This document shows, piece by piece, positions 10,523 through 19,367 of a stretch of 64,000 nt of DNA. The translations under genes were made by a program, and so were the position numbers. Source of the DNA: an uncultured bacterium. Lineage in GTDB: Bacteria; Zixibacteria; MSB-5A5; CAIYYT01. The notes below the pieces were generated by a model that made no database searches, was not told where the DNA came from, and was given only the letters and a program-made list of their open reading frames with translations. The stretch covers positions 1,184,001 through 1,248,000 of the forward strand of contig CAVSCK010000004.1 in NCBI GenBank assembly GCA_963726455.1, read 5' to 3'. How positions within the stretch are numbered: the first letter of the stretch is position 1; each line of letters starts with the position of its first letter.

Positions 10523-11317
10523 ATGAAAACTGGCAGGTTGTTTTCCTTCGAGAATTATCCCTCGCTCGTGAATTCCGAGGCCTACTTCGAGAGAATCATG
10601 GTGGACGAGGGTGCCGGAATGAGGATCCTAAATCAGGTGCTCATTCTCTGTTCGTTCCTTTTTCTCTACGGCATCGTCATGGGAGCTTATCAAGGCGTGA
10701 CACAGGCGCTCGTCTCCGGCGTCAAACTCTCACTTCTCTTTACAGCAGCTCTGGTAATTTGCTTTCCCGCCTTTTTCATTGTGCAGTTCATCCTCGGTTC
10801 GCGTTTGAAATTGCACCAGATGATTTCGATGCTGCTCTCCGGCTTCGTGCTGATGGCGTCGATCATGCTCTCCTTCGTTCCGATCGTCGTCATCTTCCTG
10901 CTCACCGGCAGCAACTACTACTTTCTCCACCTGTTGCACATCGCGATTCTCGTTTTCGCCGGCATCTTCGGCATGAACACCATCGTACAGGCGCTGAAAT
11001 ATTCCTGTGAGAAGAAAGATGTCTACCCGAAAACCGGCGTAGTTGTCTTCCGCGTCTGGGTGATCATTCTGGCTTTCGTCGGCATCCAACTGGCGTGGAA
11101 CCTCAGACCGTTTCTGGGCGTGCAAGGCCAACCGTTCGAACTGTTCACGCGCCAGGAAGGCAATTTCTATACCGCCGTCATCTATGCGATTGATCAACTG
11201 ATTGCTCCCGAAAAGAACGCACCTGCCAAGAGTCAGTCCAGCAGCGCCGTTCGAACTCGCCCCGATACCCTGGCGCTCGAGAAATACATCTTTCAGGATA
11301 CGACTCGTGGAAAGTGA
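10523..11317 (+). CDS. Multi-pass membrane protein (Yip1-like, about 5 TM)
   Basis: Five hydrophobic helices, VGIQLAWNLRPF and EGNFY motifs. RBS GGAGGAG. Confidence 0.7.
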   Translation: MKTGRLFSFENYPSLVNSEAYFERIMVDEGAGMRILNQVLILCSFLFLYGIVMGAYQGVTQALVSGVKLSLLFTAALVICFPAFFIVQFILGSRLKLHQMISMLLSGFVLMASIMLSFVPIVVIFLLTGSNYYFLHLLHIAILVFAGIFGMNTIVQALKYSCEKKDVYPKTGVVVFRVWVIILAFVGIQLAWNLRPFLGVQGQPFELFTRQEGNFYTAVIYAIDQLIAPEKNAPAKSQSSSAVRTRPDTLALEKYIFQDTTRGK

Positions 11318-11534
11318 CATCATGACTCTTGAGGAAGTGGCGGCGTATCTCAAGGTCACGCCGCAGACAATCTATACCTGGGCTCAGGAGAAACGCATCC
11401 CCGCCGCCAAGCTGGGCAAGGAATGGCGCTTCAAGAAGTCAATCATCGACCGGTGGTTCGTCTCCCATTTTGATTCCAAATTCAAGGATCTCGTCGACCC
11501 CGACCAAGCCGGCAACATCTCCGAGGACACCTAA
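11307..11534 (+). CDS. Excisionase-type helix-turn-helix DNA-binding protein (HTH_17)
   Basis: IMTLEEVAAYLKVTPQTIYTWAQEKRIPAAKLGKEWRF. Overlaps the upstream gene. Confidence 0.9.
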   Translation: MESDIMTLEEVAAYLKVTPQTIYTWAQEKRIPAAKLGKEWRFKKSIIDRWFVSHFDSKFKDLVDPDQAGNISEDT

Positions 11535-11605
11535 TTCCAAGTTCGCACCCCATCCAGTGCCGTAGGTTGGCGTTTCGAGTCCCATCGTTGTTCAGCCCCC
11601 GCTGT

Positions 11606-12172
11606 TCAGCTTCCCACCTGCACCGGATGCTTCCCCACCAGCACGCAGAAACCGTCCGACTCGATCCCCAGCGGCAGATTCATCAGATTATAAAAATTCT
11701 CCTGCGCGTTTATCCAGGTGATCTCCACAATTTCCCGCTCATTGAAATGCCTCCGAAGTTCCTCAAATGTCGCATCGGAAACATGTTTGTTACGCGTCGC
11801 CTCCTCCACATACGCCAACGCCGCCCGTTCGCGCTCGGAAAACAGCGGACTGATGCGATAGTCCGGCAGGGCGACAAACTTCTCCATACTGAGATGTTCA
11901 CGCATCGCAAACGAGTGCGCCAAGTCAAGGCAGAACTCGCATCCGTTGATCTGCGAGGTCAGACTCGTCACCAGTAGGTGCAGCTCCGGCTCCAGCTTGA
12001 TTCCTTTCATCTGAAACTTCTGCGTCTCATACGAATTACGCAGCGACTCCGGTATCCGCGCTGTCACCACCTTGATCGGCGTCATCACCTTCCCGAATTT
12101 TCGCCGTGTCATCCAGTACGCCAGGCGCATCTTGAGCCCCTTCGGCCTTTCAATCGGTTTGAGTCGTTCCAT
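11606..12172 (-). CDS. Carboxymuconolactone decarboxylase/AhpD-family protein
   Basis: SQINGCEFCLDLA CxxC motif and FSERERAAL. Confidence 0.9.
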   Translation of the reverse strand: MERLKPIERPKGLKMRLAYWMTRRKFGKVMTPIKVVTARIPESLRNSYETQKFQMKGIKLEPELHLLVTSLTSQINGCEFCLDLAHSFAMREHLSMEKFVALPDYRISPLFSERERAALAYVEEATRNKHVSDATFEELRRHFNEREIVEITWINAQENFYNLMNLPLGIESDGFCVLVGKHPVQVGS

Positions 12173-12281
12173 ATATCCTCACTGTTTCTTTTCCGAACCG
12201 CTTTGTTCTCGGTTCAGCTAGATATCGTGACGACCGGCCTTCATGTTTGCGCGATCTTATCAAATCCCCTACCTTCCTGCC

Positions 12282-13181
12282 ATGTCGCTGCCACACAGAC
12301 AAAAATCTCGCCTCTCCGATCTGGCGCTGCTCTACGCCGCCGCCATCTGGGGCGCGACGTTCTTTATCGTCAAGGATTCGCTCAAGACCATCGATCCGGT
12401 CGTACTGGTCGGATATCGCTTTCTGCTGGCAGCCGCGGTGTTGGCTATCGGGTTGAAGATCGCGAAACGGCCGCTGTTTCTATACTGGAAAGAAAGCACG
12501 CTCCTCGGCATCATTCTCTGGGGATTGTACATTTCGCAGACTATTGGTTTGAAATACACGACGGCTTCGAACTCCGGCTTTATCACCGGCCTGTTCGTTG
12601 CGTTCGTGCCGTTCTTCACGCTGATGCTGAACCGCCGCGCACGGATCATGGCGCAAATGCCGGCGGTGTTGATCTCGCTGTTCGGCCTCTGGCTGCTGAC
12701 CGGCGGCCTGACTGATGTCAACCGCGGCGATTGGCTGACCTTGATCGCGGCAATGACTTACGCCTGGCACCTGCTCTATGTCGACCGCTTCGTCAAACAG
12801 GGTCTGGATGTTTACATCTTGTCGTTTCAACAATTTCTGTTTGTCGGCGCCCTGAGCTTGATCACTGCGGCCATCTTCCGACTGCCGTTCGTTCCCTCAT
12901 CGACCGACGCTTACGGCTATGTCGCCTTTCTAGCCATCCTGCCGACGCTTTCCGCATTTGTACTGCAGTTGATCGCGCAAAAGATCGTCCCCCCTATTCG
13001 CGTGTCGTTGATCCTCGCCCTCGAACCGGTGTTTGCCGCTCTCTTCGCTTGGACCCTCGGAGGCGAAACCTTCATCCTCCGCCGCGCACTTGGCGGGTTA
13101 TTGATTTTCGTCGCGATGGTCCTCAGCGACCTGCCGGCATTCATAGATCGCCGCCGATCGCAACTACCCACAACCGACTAG
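12282..13181 (+). CDS. DMT/EamA family transporter
   Basis: IWGATF, GLKYTTASNSGFI and LEPVFA motifs, 10 TM. Start uncertain (12243 or 12282). Confidence 0.92.
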   Translation: MSLPHRQKSRLSDLALLYAAAIWGATFFIVKDSLKTIDPVVLVGYRFLLAAAVLAIGLKIAKRPLFLYWKESTLLGIILWGLYISQTIGLKYTTASNSGFITGLFVAFVPFFTLMLNRRARIMAQMPAVLISLFGLWLLTGGLTDVNRGDWLTLIAAMTYAWHLLYVDRFVKQGLDVYILSFQQFLFVGALSLITAAIFRLPFVPSSTDAYGYVAFLAILPTLSAFVLQLIAQKIVPPIRVSLILALEPVFAALFAWTLGGETFILRRALGGLLIFVAMVLSDLPAFIDRRRSQLPTTD

Positions 13182-13248
13182 TCCGGAGGCACGGGACTAG
13201 AAACCCGGCATGCACCCCTAATCTCGAGATTGACTATGTCTGGATTGG

Positions 13249-13734
13249 CTACGTAACTTTGATTTGAGTTTTCGACTGCGAGCGTTGGACGGTCTTGCGC
13301 TTGGTGCTTTCGTCGAAGAGGTCGTAGTTGAATTTGGGTGACTGGGGATTGGTGCCGATTTCCACCATCGGTGTGCCGGCGCGATTCATACTTGCGGGCA
13401 CCCAGACCAATTCGAAGTTGAGCCGGCGTTTGTAATAGAAGATCAGATCGCGAAAACGCTGCAAGGTCTTGGTGGAGGCAATGCGATTGTTCACCTGATA
13501 GACAACAATCGGGGAATCGGTCAGCAACTCCAGCTTCTTCGCCTTGAAATGATCCTGGTTGAGTTGTACAAATCGGATCAGCGCAATCGCAGCGGCATAT
13601 TCGCATTCGTACCGGTTGCCCTCATATTGGGAACGGAACAGAACGCCGTAGTCGGGGATGGCAAACGAAATGATGCCGCGGTTTCGCGTCATCTTGTCAG
13701 GCAGTAGGTTTGAGCCGAAGAAGTAGCATTTCAT
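13249..13734 (-). CDS. RNase HI-fold protein with degenerate active site
   Basis: N.YECEY.A, TDS.IVVYQV and WVP..MN.A match the RNase HI/RVT_3 pattern. The first and last catalytic Asp appear absent. Confidence 0.7.
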   Translation of the reverse strand: MKCYFFGSNLLPDKMTRNRGIISFAIPDYGVLFRSQYEGNRYECEYAAAIALIRFVQLNQDHFKAKKLELLTDSPIVVYQVNNRIASTKTLQRFRDLIFYYKRRLNFELVWVPASMNRAGTPMVEIGTNPQSPKFNYDLFDESTKRKTVQRSQSKTQIKVT

Positions 13735-13752
13735 ATTCGTGATACGCATGGC

Positions 13753-13769
13753 TGCAACTATCGTGCCTG
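13753..13769 (-). promoter_or_regulatory. sigma54 (-24/-12) promoter
   Basis: Minus strand reads CAGGCACGATAGTTGCA against consensus YTGGCACGNNNNTTGCW. Confidence 0.65.
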
Positions 13770-13935
13770 AACAACGACATACGTGAATCTATACTATCGG
13801 GCGAATCATGATGGCTAACTTATTGTCACGTCAACAGATAAGATTGACCTACTGGCTGCCAGGGAAGAACCCGGATATTGAATCGGTATTACCGGCTGCC
13901 GGATAGATGCAGCCGTGTGCACAGGCGACGGGAAA

Positions 13936-14370
13936 TCACTCCAACGAGTCAGACAGACGCTTGTCGAAATCCTCGGGAACCGTCATGTATTTGGCGGTGG
14001 CTTCGGCGACCACGACGCCCTTGCTGTTGCGGGCAAGTCCGGTAGTCATGATAATCCGCCCTCGACGGTGCGTCATTCGGCCTTCGAATGTGAGCTCATC
14101 GCCCACATCGGCAGGCGCCTTATATCTGATTTCCATGGACGCAGTCACACACCTGATATCATGTGCGAGTATCGCTTTGAGCATAACCTCATCGAGAACC
14201 GTGGCGATCAGCCCCCCATGGACGATGCCCTTGTAGCCCTCGTGACGCTTGGCAGGAAGCCAGTGAGTGTGAGCCAGTTCGTCGCTTGCGTAAAAGGTAA
14301 GGTTGAGGCCGATTTCATTGCCCGGGCCGCAGACAAAGCAGCCGTGATAGCGTACTACTTCCCTTTCCAT
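13936..14370 (-). CDS. PaaI-family thioesterase
   Basis: CFVCG..N..GL and HGGLIATVLDE motifs. Confidence 0.92.
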   Translation of the reverse strand: MEREVVRYHGCFVCGPGNEIGLNLTFYASDELAHTHWLPAKRHEGYKGIVHGGLIATVLDEVMLKAILAHDIRCVTASMEIRYKAPADVGDELTFEGRMTHRRGRIIMTTGLARNSKGVVVAEATAKYMTVPEDFDKRLSDSLE

Positions 14371-14409
14371 GGGGTTACAAATTGCAGCAACGGCGCCGGA
14401 AAGTCAAAT

Positions 14410-14436
14410 AAAAAGCCGCCCCGTTTGAGGCGGCTT
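14410..14436 (-). terminator. Rho-independent terminator
   Basis: AAGCCGCC/GGCGGCTT stem with a U-run on the minus strand. Confidence 0.7.
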
Positions 14437-14465
14437 GATTTGATCAATCGGAATAGGAAGATTTC

Positions 14466-15305
14466 TTACCGGAGGTGCGGCGCCGTCTGATAGCTATACT
14501 CGGTGTTGCCGGTGTTCGCAGTGACCTGTATGTTGCCACTGACATCAAAATTGGCAGTCACCGTCCAGCTATTCGAAATCTCGCCCTTCATGACCGTGAC
14601 GGTGAAGGTGATCGAGCCGGAAAGCGTGTACGCCGTCGTGTAGGGATCGTTGATCGGCTGCTTGTACACCACGTTGTCCAGGTTGGCCGCGAAAGTGTAC
14701 TTGTCGTGAGCTGAACCTGAATTAGTCTGATAGTAATCATCGAGGACAAACTGCCCCATGCCTACCAGTGTTCCGCCATTGAATGAGTAACTATTGAAAT
14801 CAACATTCAGGTAGATCGAGGCGTTTTGGTAGTCGTTCTCGACGCCCTTATATGTGCTGGTCTGGTGATGGATGAAATCCATTTGCTGGACATGATAGCT
14901 GAAATCCGCATCCATCCGGCCATACTCGACAAAGAAACGTGCGGAGTCCACCCAGACGTGGTTGTATTCCGTACCGGTAGTCAGGCCAAGGTATACGATG
15001 TTCCAGCCGTCCGAGTAGTTGTACAGCAGCGTGTCGTTGGGATTGAGTACTCCCCAATCAGGACGAATATCAATCGTGTCCATTGGAGCAACTTTGTACG
15101 GGTTCTTGCCAAAACGTAACGCCACCGACAAAGTGGAATCAATGGATGCCGCGATGGCGGCTTTCATGTTCTGGAAACTGGCTGAGTTGGGATCGCCTAT
15201 GATCTTGTTGTTTCCGGTTGAATTATCAGAGCATCCGGTTAATGTGAACATCAGCGCAAGGACAACAAACAGCCCTGCCAAACAACTGCGGCGCAACATA
15301 AGCAC
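14466..15305 (-). CDS. Hypothetical lipoprotein
   Basis: Lipobox LTGC followed by a beta-rich mature region. Confidence 0.75.
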   Translation of the reverse strand: MLMLRRSCLAGLFVVLALMFTLTGCSDNSTGNNKIIGDPNSASFQNMKAAIAASIDSTLSVALRFGKNPYKVAPMDTIDIRPDWGVLNPNDTLLYNYSDGWNIVYLGLTTGTEYNHVWVDSARFFVEYGRMDADFSYHVQQMDFIHHQTSTYKGVENDYQNASIYLNVDFNSYSFNGGTLVGMGQFVLDDYYQTNSGSAHDKYTFAANLDNVVYKQPINDPYTTAYTLSGSITFTVTVMKGEISNSWTVTANFDVSGNIQVTANTGNTEYSYQTAPHLR

Positions 15306-15319
15306 TCCTTTGAGTTAGA

Positions 15320-16240
15320 TTAAGTACCCAACAATTTCTGATCCAAGAGAACGAGCATGATCGCTTTCTGGATATGCAGTCGGTTTTCGGCCTGATCGAA
15401 AACCACCGAGTTGGGGCCGTCGATCACCGAATCGGTGATCTCGGCATTGCGGAGCGCCGGAAGGCAGTGCATGACGAGACAATCGGGCTTCGCCAGTTTC
15501 AACAGCGAATCATTAACCTGAAAGTCTTTTAGTAGATTTGCCTTTTCCTCCGCCAAGTGCTTCTGCCCCATACTCGCCCACACATCCGTATAGAGTACAT
15601 CGGCACCGGTAGCTGCTTCTTTAGGGTTATATATGACCTCGACACTCCCTACTTTCTCCGCTCGCGCCGCTGTGAGCAAATTTTGATCAGGCAAAGTGTT
15701 AGGGTGGGTGCCGATCACTACTTGAATCGGGAAACGTCTGGCCAGGTTTATCAGCGAGTTAGCCATATTGTTGCCGTCACCCAGGTAAACAATCCTTAGG
15801 CCGTCGAGCTTACCTTTCTTCTCGATGATCGTAAATGCATCACACAGGATTTGGCAGGGATGCAGCAAATCAGTTAACGCGTTAATCACGGGGATATCGG
15901 CGTGTTGGGCGAGCTGCTCGACATCGCTGTGGGCAAAGGTACGAATCGTGATCATGGCGAGGTAGCGCGATAACACCTTGGCCGCATCGTGTATCGATTC
16001 GCGCTTTCCCAACTCGATTTCCTTCTCGGTGATATACAGCGACGAGCCACCGAGCTCGGCGACGCCGACTTCAAAGGAGATGCGGGTGCGCAACGAGGCC
16101 TTATGAAAAATACAGCCGACGACCTTTCCGGCCAGCGGTTTGGGGGCAATCTTCTTCTTTTTCATGGAAGCGCACAGGTCGAAGACGCGATTGAGCTCGG
16201 CCGTGGTGAAGTCGGTTTCGGCGAGAAAATCTCTTTTCAT
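15320..16240 (-). CDS. argF: Ornithine carbamoyltransferase
   Basis: SLRTR.SF, HPCQ, GDGNN, DVWASMG, HCLP and QAENR motifs. Confidence 0.93.
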   Translation of the reverse strand: MKRDFLAETDFTTAELNRVFDLCASMKKKKIAPKPLAGKVVGCIFHKASLRTRISFEVGVAELGGSSLYITEKEIELGKRESIHDAAKVLSRYLAMITIRTFAHSDVEQLAQHADIPVINALTDLLHPCQILCDAFTIIEKKGKLDGLRIVYLGDGNNMANSLINLARRFPIQVVIGTHPNTLPDQNLLTAARAEKVGSVEVIYNPKEAATGADVLYTDVWASMGQKHLAEEKANLLKDFQVNDSLLKLAKPDCLVMHCLPALRNAEITDSVIDGPNSVVFDQAENRLHIQKAIMLVLLDQKLLGT

Positions 16241-16554
16241 CGTAGTTCTCCTTTATGTGGAAGTATCTCTTGACGCAAGTTGATCGGACTCTGACACACT
16301 CCACCGGGCGGCAAATGCGCTCCGGCTACTCCCGCGACGTACGGCATACGCCGCCGAGAGTTGCGGGAAATTATCAGCCCCCTCCTACTTAGTCAAGAGA
16401 ATTTCCTTGATAGTGTATTGCGATATCAACGATATTAATGCGACCGCAGGTGGGCCGGCGGCCGATCGTGCCGATAAGGAGTTTATCGCTCGCGGGGTGG
16501 TTGCCGGATCGACTGGACGGTTCACGAGCAAAGTGAATTAGAAAAGGAGAAGCC

Positions 16555-17121
16555 ATGCGCTGGTTTTTTGGAATCCTTATGATCCTCATCGGGTTTGCGA
16601 TTCTGGGGAACAATGTGGGGTGGTTTGATTTCAGTTTGGGAGAATTTATCGCCAAATTCTGGCCGCTGATTTTGATCGCCATCGGTATCGAAGAGATAGT
16701 GAGCCACTCACGCCGGCGTTATTGGTCCGGAGATAAGTGGACTGAATTTGTGGGCGAAAAGTTTTCGCGCACGGTCGGCGATGTGCATTTGAAGCCGTCG
16801 ACGCTGGACGCCGCCGGGTTGAAAGCCGATCAGGGTGCCGGCGACATTTCGATTGACCTCACGGCCACCGCGATGCAGCAGGGCGAAAACGTCGTGATCT
16901 GCAACCTCGGCATGGGCGATCTGGAGATCATTGTTCCGCCCAATATTCCTATACGCGCCAGTTGTGCTGCCGGAATTGGCGACATTCACGTTCTCGGCAA
17001 ACACAACAATGGTTTCGGCGCTCGACTGGAACATCAGGATGCCGATTATCCCAACGCCGACAAGAAGATTAATCTGACCGCCAAAGTAGGCCTCGGCGAT
17101 ATCAAGATCTCGCACGCGTAG
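16555..17121 (+). CDS. LiaF/LiaI-like cell-envelope stress protein
   Basis: FWPLILIAIG transmembrane segment plus GD-repeat beta domain (GDISIDLT, GDLEIIVP). Confidence 0.8.
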   Translation: MRWFFGILMILIGFAILGNNVGWFDFSLGEFIAKFWPLILIAIGIEEIVSHSRRRYWSGDKWTEFVGEKFSRTVGDVHLKPSTLDAAGLKADQGAGDISIDLTATAMQQGENVVICNLGMGDLEIIVPPNIPIRASCAAGIGDIHVLGKHNNGFGARLEHQDADYPNADKKINLTAKVGLGDIKISHA

Positions 17122-17192
17122 AACGACGTGGCCCGTGGTGGAACAGGTTCCGTTGGAGTACTGAACAAACAATGGTATAGAGAAAACGTTTA

Positions 17193-18284
17193 CTAGTCTT
17201 TGCGTTTTGACACTTTGAAGGCATTCACTATTTGATAAGTGATACTGAACACCGCGCAACATATCATGCTGATCCAGAGGATGTTCATCAACTTCCCAGA
17301 ATTCAGACTTTTGAGGCGGCTTTGGGTTACATAGACATCTTCCGAGTGAATTCTTCCGAACCAATCGGAGATCACAAATTGAATGCCAGTCCTCGGTTCT
17401 ATCCGGTCAATCGTTACCGACACCGACTGTCCTTCCCTTCTTTCTAGTGCGACGAGTGACGAAGTGAGCGTCCACGCCTCGATTTTAAGCGGATCATCAC
17501 CGAATTCGAGTAGCCTCTTAGAAACTTCAATTCGAATGTCTGCTACCTCACTCTCGGAGTTGTTGTCGATAGATAGGACGTTGTAAACGCGTCTCGAGAA
17601 GTACAGGCCATCAGGGATAAATGTGGGCGTGGAATCGGCGAACTCCGGATACTTTTGGCACAGCTGTCTTAGAGAGTCGCTGGTCAGTTGGCGTGCGGGC
17701 GAGTTCTTCCTTTCTCGCCACATGGCCCTGTGAAGGTAAACAGAAGCAAGCCCGCGCTTCTGATCGGCAGTGCTTGCCAGTGTGTCGACAATCCGGGAAT
17801 TGTGCACTTCGACAAAAGAATCTCGCAAGAGCAGCTCATCTTGCGGGTTATCACGGATGGAAATGTTCCTATACTTGTAAATAGAATAGCCGTCAGTCAT
17901 CAGCTTGTCGTAAGTGGCGTTGTTCGTACTATCATAGTACGGTTGCGGTAGGTCAAATTCGAGAAAGTCAGCATTCTGAAATAGGTCCCGTGTGAACGCT
18001 CGGAGTGTGTTATTCATGCGACTAGCGCAGTACCTATCATAGTCACTTCTTCTAACCCAATAGGCTGGCTTGAGAATCGAGATCTCGACTTTCGAAGACA
18101 CATCAAGTATTCCGGCACCTATCAGCAGCGCCAGAATGGTCAGAACGGCTACCCAATTGCCCAACGTGCGTTCGATAATAGAAAGAACAACATTAGCGGA
18201 GTTTAGGCAAAGCAGCGATCTCACAGTTCTTGAAATAGATCCAGTCAAGTTTGCGCTCCGAGTCTTAGAAGACCGGCGAATCAC
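17193..18284 (-). CDS. Hypothetical membrane protein
   Basis: 363-aa ORF with N- and C-terminal TM helices. Composition looks AT-richer than the flanks. Confidence 0.6.
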   Translation of the reverse strand: MIRRSSKTRSANLTGSISRTVRSLLCLNSANVVLSIIERTLGNWVAVLTILALLIGAGILDVSSKVEISILKPAYWVRRSDYDRYCASRMNNTLRAFTRDLFQNADFLEFDLPQPYYDSTNNATYDKLMTDGYSIYKYRNISIRDNPQDELLLRDSFVEVHNSRIVDTLASTADQKRGLASVYLHRAMWRERKNSPARQLTSDSLRQLCQKYPEFADSTPTFIPDGLYFSRRVYNVLSIDNNSESEVADIRIEVSKRLLEFGDDPLKIEAWTLTSSLVALERREGQSVSVTIDRIEPRTGIQFVISDWFGRIHSEDVYVTQSRLKSLNSGKLMNILWISMICCAVFSITYQIVNAFKVSKRKD

Positions 18285-18379
18285 TTATATGCGGCGGCTA
18301 GGAATTCCGAGCAGCGCGTCATAGACGTACAAATCAGAAATCCCCGTCAACACTGAAGCGGTATTGACAAATCGAGCGG

Positions 18380-19357
18380 CTAACTCTCTGAAAGAATCGC
18401 ATCAATAAATCTGGTCAATTGCTCCTCGATTTTGGCTTTTCCCGCTATACTATTTTCATAAAAGAGAACTCTAAACCCGGAGACGTCAAATGGAAGCTGT
18501 TTCGATTTCTCTGCAACAAAAATGATGGGTTTGCCAGTGGCATATGCATATCCCACTTCGAAGAAGACATTTTGGTTTTCTGGAGTGATTTCTGCAATTA
18601 CTAACTTCGAAGTATATATTTGATAGAGAATGTCGGTTAGGACATGGCCCGGTCCGTATGTTTCGTCCGCCCTTATTGCTGATATGTCCCGCGAACCGCA
18701 CACTGGCTCGATCACTTCAGTAAACAACTCGTTGTAAGGTGCGGAATACTGCATTACAACAAACACCTTCGCGCGCTCTTGCGTGACGCGAAAATCGCGA
18801 ATTCGTAAGTCGCCAGTGTTCTGGCACCAGATTCCTACTTGACGCTTTGGCATCACGATCGGAAGGTTCGCTGTCGCGACACTGACTCCGTCAATGACGA
18901 GTTCAAAGCGAGAGCCGTTTGCATTCAGTTTCATGGAGAATTCCTGCCCCGTCTTAACGCTCGATCGGTCGCCGGTTGCCGCATAGTCGTGCCATAGGGG
19001 CACCGGCTGACCGACCCTCTTGGGGTCGAAGTATTGGATACGGAAGATGAACGGACTGAAATTGCTAATCTCCACTCCTGCCGAGAAGAACGACCTACTT
19101 TCACTATCATAGCCCAGGAGAAACTTGCAGGCGTTCGAATAAGACGTTGTTTCTGGAAGCGTAACGAGAGCTTCGATGCTACCTTCATTGAATGTGCGAT
19201 CGCACAAGTAATTTCCGATTTTCACAAATTTTGAAGTTTCCCCAGCACCCGAAGCTATTCCTTCGTCTATTCCACCATGGAATATGATTTCCTGCTCGCG
19301 TCTTTCAAACGATCCGAGAAGTGAAACCCATCTATACTCCGCTTGTGGTAAAGACAA
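18380..19357 (-). CDS. Beta-sandwich domain fused to nucleoside 2-deoxyribosyltransferase/TIR-like domain
   Basis: C-terminal VFVVMQY...RAD...VIAEIT..N.NVFFEVGYA.A.GKP...LPFD motif. N-terminus is concanavalin/DUF1080-like. Confidence 0.75.
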   Translation of the reverse strand: MSLPQAEYRWVSLLGSFERREQEIIFHGGIDEGIASGAGETSKFVKIGNYLCDRTFNEGSIEALVTLPETTSYSNACKFLLGYDSESRSFFSAGVEISNFSPFIFRIQYFDPKRVGQPVPLWHDYAATGDRSSVKTGQEFSMKLNANGSRFELVIDGVSVATANLPIVMPKRQVGIWCQNTGDLRIRDFRVTQERAKVFVVMQYSAPYNELFTEVIEPVCGSRDISAIRADETYGPGHVLTDILYQIYTSKLVIAEITPENQNVFFEVGYAYATGKPIIFVAEKSKQLPFDVSGFRVLFYENSIAGKAKIEEQLTRFIDAILSES

Positions 19358-19367
19358 TTTAGCAACC

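Noticed and set aside
13249-13749. Retroelement or reverse transcriptase
   Set aside because: Only an RNase H-like fold is present. There is no RT domain or YxDD motif.
15320-16240. N-acetyl/succinyl-ornithine carbamoyltransferase suggested by the SLRT motif
   Set aside because: The SMG loop and HCLP context fit a canonical OTCase.
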